64,000 bases of DNA from Zygnema circumcarinatum SAG 698-1b (Eukaryota; Plantae; Zygnematophyceae): assembly GCA_037447605.1 (NCBI GenBank), contig CM074804.1, positions 6,611,909 to 6,675,908 on the forward strand, read 5' to 3'. Below the pieces are notes generated by a model that worked only from the letters and a program-made list of their open reading frames with translations, was not told where the DNA came from and ran no database searches. Position 1 is the stretch's first letter; every line of letters begins with the position of its first letter. The translations under genes and the position numbers were made by a program. Below, one piece after another: positions 60,310 through 64,000 of the stretch.

Positions 60310-63300
60310 CCATACAATAGCAAAAAACGTGAATCCTCTGCCGGAAATTTCTCGTCCATGCCATGAAAAGAAAGAAAGAAAGTCTTAAGGATCCCAGCCC
60401 TTCTACCTGCATGCGTAGGCAATATTCACGGCGGTGTCGGTCTTATCTCCCGTCAGCACCCAAATGCGAATGCCCGCCTGGGCGAGCCGTTCTATGCACT
60501 CGGAGACACCGTCCTGCAAGCAGCCGCATGGATCCGTTAAAAGACAAGCACTCAGCAGGGCAACATACGGCTTTCCAGATGGCTGTTTTGGAAAAGTTCT
60601 CTCTCAGAAACTTGAGACCAGCAATAGCTTGCATGGACCCTCAGAGAAGGAGCTTCAGTGCGCACCTGCAATTTATCTTCCACCCCCGTCCCCCCAACAA
60701 GGATGAGCTCTCTCTCTATCTCCTCTGCCACCTCCTCCAACCGCTCCTCTCTCCCCCCTCCCACAACAGCCTTGGCTTCCAAGTATCGCTCCTCCCACTC
60801 CCGAAACTCCCCCGGGTCGATCTCTCTGTAAGCGAGCGTGAGGGTCCTTAGCCCCGCCTGCCCATAGAGAGTCATGTGTCCAACGGTCTCCTCCGCAAAG
60901 GGCGGCGGACCGGCCATAGTGCCTCGCCCATCTCGTGCAAGACGAGCCAGAATTACAACATCGGCACCTTTTGAGAGAAGGAGGATTTTACCCGCCGGGT
61001 CCTTTACTATGACAGACATTCGTTTGCGCGTGCTTGTGAACTCTAACACTGCCAGGAGTTGGTATACAAGGTCTGGGGGGCTGTTTGCGGCGGGGGATTT
61101 TTCTTGTTTGAGGTCCTTTTCTTGGGGTTCTCTCCTTCCTCCCTCCCACCATCTCTGACCGTTCGATCCGGATGCTTGCGAGCTTGAGGAGGACGGTCTT
61201 AAAGGGAGAGGATACATTTCCTTCACATGAAGAGCTATTGGAGTTCGTTTATGAAACACGAACCCCAACTTTTTCGCTGCGACTAGGAAAGCCCCCTCGT
61301 CTGGGGATTCTGCCCTGTACTTTATTGTTCCGTTTTCCGCGGAACCTTCTGGAATGGCAGTGTGGCACAAGGCCAGTATTTCAAGAAAGCGTCTAATGAC
61401 TTCAGGATGAGATTGCTTTACCCAGTTTCCTTCTCGCAAGCGATCGTCCTGCAGGTTGTATCCCTTTTCCTGATCGGGATTAATGTTTTTGCCTGACTCA
61501 CTGGATTCTTCATCTTCCTCCTCCACGAACTCGATTCCTAGGGACTGCGCTCTCTTGGGATTAAGAGAGGGGAGGGATTGCAGGGGAATGCCTAATCGCA
61601 TTGCGGCTCTCTCAACTTCAGTCATCCCGCTTCCGTACAGTGTCCCACCAATTGTGCATCGAAAGAAATCCATCTGGTTACACGTCAGTGTGCCGGTTTT
61701 GTCTGACAGTATTGTTGTGACCTGTATGCAGGACAGTGACATGGAAACCCGTGAGGAATTGAGGCAATCAATGAGGCAGTGTTCAATGATTCGATGTTGT
61801 CTGTTCAAAATCTTGCTCTGCATGTCATAGTTACAAAACTTAATTGATTAAATAAGCATTCATGAAAGAAAAAGGGGTTCACATCATCGTTACATGACCA
61901 TACCTGCCCAAGCTCTTCATTCAAGCCTGCGGATCTCGCCTTTGCTGGTCTGTCTGTCACGTCATCATACATTTTGAGGTCCATGTTTATCCACCTCGCT
62001 TGGAGTATTCGCACCACTTCCAGAGAAACGTACATCGCCAGAGGAATGAGGTATCCATACAGAATGAAGCTTGTTAACAACGAAAGGATGAATACTGTTC
62101 CTGGAGAATCGGGAGCGTACAATTCGTCATACCGATACGGTTCTAGATAGTACATGGACCCTTCCACTGTGGAGCAAAGTACGGCCAGGGAAATCGCGTT
62201 GATAAGAGAAATGATGATAAGGAGGAGAAACATGAGCCAAATGATGGTGTCAAGTTTGCGGTCCATTCGCGATCGCTTTGTTCTCGGCTCCGAGCCATTC
62301 TGCGCCGACTTTGTGTCGGGGCCCGTGTAGATAGCGGCGCCGACAACGAAGTCGGTATTCTGGGCAAGGGGTCATAAACGGAGATAGTTTTAGGTTCTTT
62401 TATCATTTGCAGACATCGACTCAGAATTTCTTCAACCGGAATTGAACGACGTCTTACGTGAGGCAATCATCAGAACTGACGAGGTAACCAAACGACCAGC
62501 CAAAGCTTGGAGGCAAAAGGAAGAGTTTTTTTTGCCGTGAGGATCTCAAAATCTCCTTTTCCTCTCGCATGAGCCATAGCAATCAATGCGGCAAAACCCG
62601 TTCACGCCATACAGAAAGCAAGGGAGACAGTGCAGGGATATGGAACAGTGCTGGGCTCCATTCAACAACGTGCCAGCACATGAATAGAATGAATGCTTGT
62701 AGCCTTTCCTCCACAAAAGAACTCAAACGTGTCTCTGTTTCTATCAGATTCGAATAAATGCCTTTCCTGTGTGCACCTTTCTTGAAGACACACTTTGCTT
62801 ACGCAAAGTTCTGCGTTGGTCTGACGTACCTGTAAGCTCGAATCGCGGAGAAGCAACTGAAGAGGACCAAGCGATACAGGCACGTCTTTGAGCTCCAAGT
62901 TTCCCGTGAAGGTGTACAGCGATGCGTTGGGAGCTTCGCAGGAGACTTTCGCTGTGAACCCATCCACGTAAATCGTTTGGTCTTCTCCGGCAATTTCCGC
63001 TGTCTCATTCAGTGCTTGGCGTACCTGGCAGTGAGCTTATTGTTGTTGAGTTATTTTTGTTCAGAGTTACAGTCAGGGAGGAGGGCATGACTGAAGGCAA
63101 TTGCAGCCCTGTGTTGATGAAGTGCAGGGGAGATTGTATTGAGCTTGTAAGAAAGCCTCAAAGCACAGTCATGTTGCTGAACGTCAGGCTTACCTTCAGG
63201 TTTGTTTCCCCGTCAAGGTTCTTAGTCTCCACATAGCAAACTCCCCCTGCTCCGCTCGAATACAGAAGAAGAATATCTGAAGGGAAATACTCCCCTTCCG

Positions 63301-63811
63301 AAATTTTAACAATGTCCCCAACTTGCACGTCACGCCACTGTCGTTTCGTAATGGTTCCCTGTGGATTGTAAACAAAGACTTCCCTTGCATTTACCTGAAA
63401 ATTGCTCCAACAAGCCATGCCAATCTCTGTGGTCAGCATTTGCCAGTTATGCTCAGAGCTTGAATCCAAGTCACGCATGGCCAATCACCTCATGCAAGTG
63501 CACCGACACTGACAACAACTACATTGCTTGCGCGTATTGCATTGCAACAATCCTCCGTCCCAGTCCTCACCTCCTTATCTGCCGCCGCCCTCGTTGCGTC
63601 TTCAATGTATTCGCGCGAGAGCGCCACCGCGATCACAAAGACGAGGGGGCCGACGACGCTGATGGGGCTGTACGGACTGATGGGAGTCAGGCTGAGAACT
63701 GCCATGAAGGTGAAGTACCAGTAGCCGGCACGCCGGTATTGTTCATACAAAGCCTTGGGAAGGAAATTCAATGAAGTGTATTTTGTGCTTGTGATCACAT
63801 TGCTGCAGTAC
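57327..63811 (-). CDS. ALA: P4-type phospholipid-transporting ATPase (flippase), 5'-partial, multi-exon
   Basis: [51 protein letters not shown], phosphorylation motif [97 protein letters not shown], followed by C-terminal TM exons. The first exon lies beyond the window. Confidence 0.97.
58713..58756. repeat. Intronic (GGAGA)n microsatellite
   Basis: Directly visible in an ALA intron. Confidence 0.9.
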
Positions 63812-64000
63812 CTGAATTTCCACCGTCCAAGGAGAAGTGGAAAGGTTGTCGGATCTAAGCTTGATTTGAAAGTGGAACAGGGAACATCAGAATAGTGTAT
63901 GGGACATGAAGCTGGAAAGAGAGTAGAGCCTCATTGAGATCCATTTGCAAGTAGGGCGAAGTAAGTTCTATGTCAGGTTTCAACTGCTACTGATTGCGAT

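Overview
Intron-rich eukaryotic nuclear DNA from a streptophyte plant. The gene set and repeats suggest a charophyte alga or early land plant, but the species cannot be determined from the sequence. There are three 10-N scaffold gaps (28178-28187, 45277-45286, 60265-60274). The window opens with a perfectly homogeneous 43-bp satellite (about 43 copies) built from alternating inverted 7-mers. Spliced genes that can be reconstructed: homocysteine S-methyltransferase (-), a B-box protein (+), a GT90/CAP10-type glycosyltransferase (-), COP9 signalosome subunit 8 (-), an orphan plastid-like membrane protein (+), PI 4-kinase beta (+), GDP-mannose pyrophosphorylase (+), a 3-exon TAXIMIN-like Cys-rich peptide with a poly-His leader that the ORF track splits (-), and a 5'-partial P4-ATPase flippase (-). 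Intergenic DNA is rich in inverted-repeat structure: a TA-flanked Tc1/mariner-type MITE, a modular nested IR complex, a decayed chromoviral Ty3/gypsy element abutting a non-LTR RT fragment, a 184-nt pre-miRNA-like hairpin inside a 22-bp IR, and a ~1 kb foldback element. Chained overlapping palindromes and CCGTAC motif clusters recur throughout. Most ORFs in the supplied track are spurious or antisense shadows.
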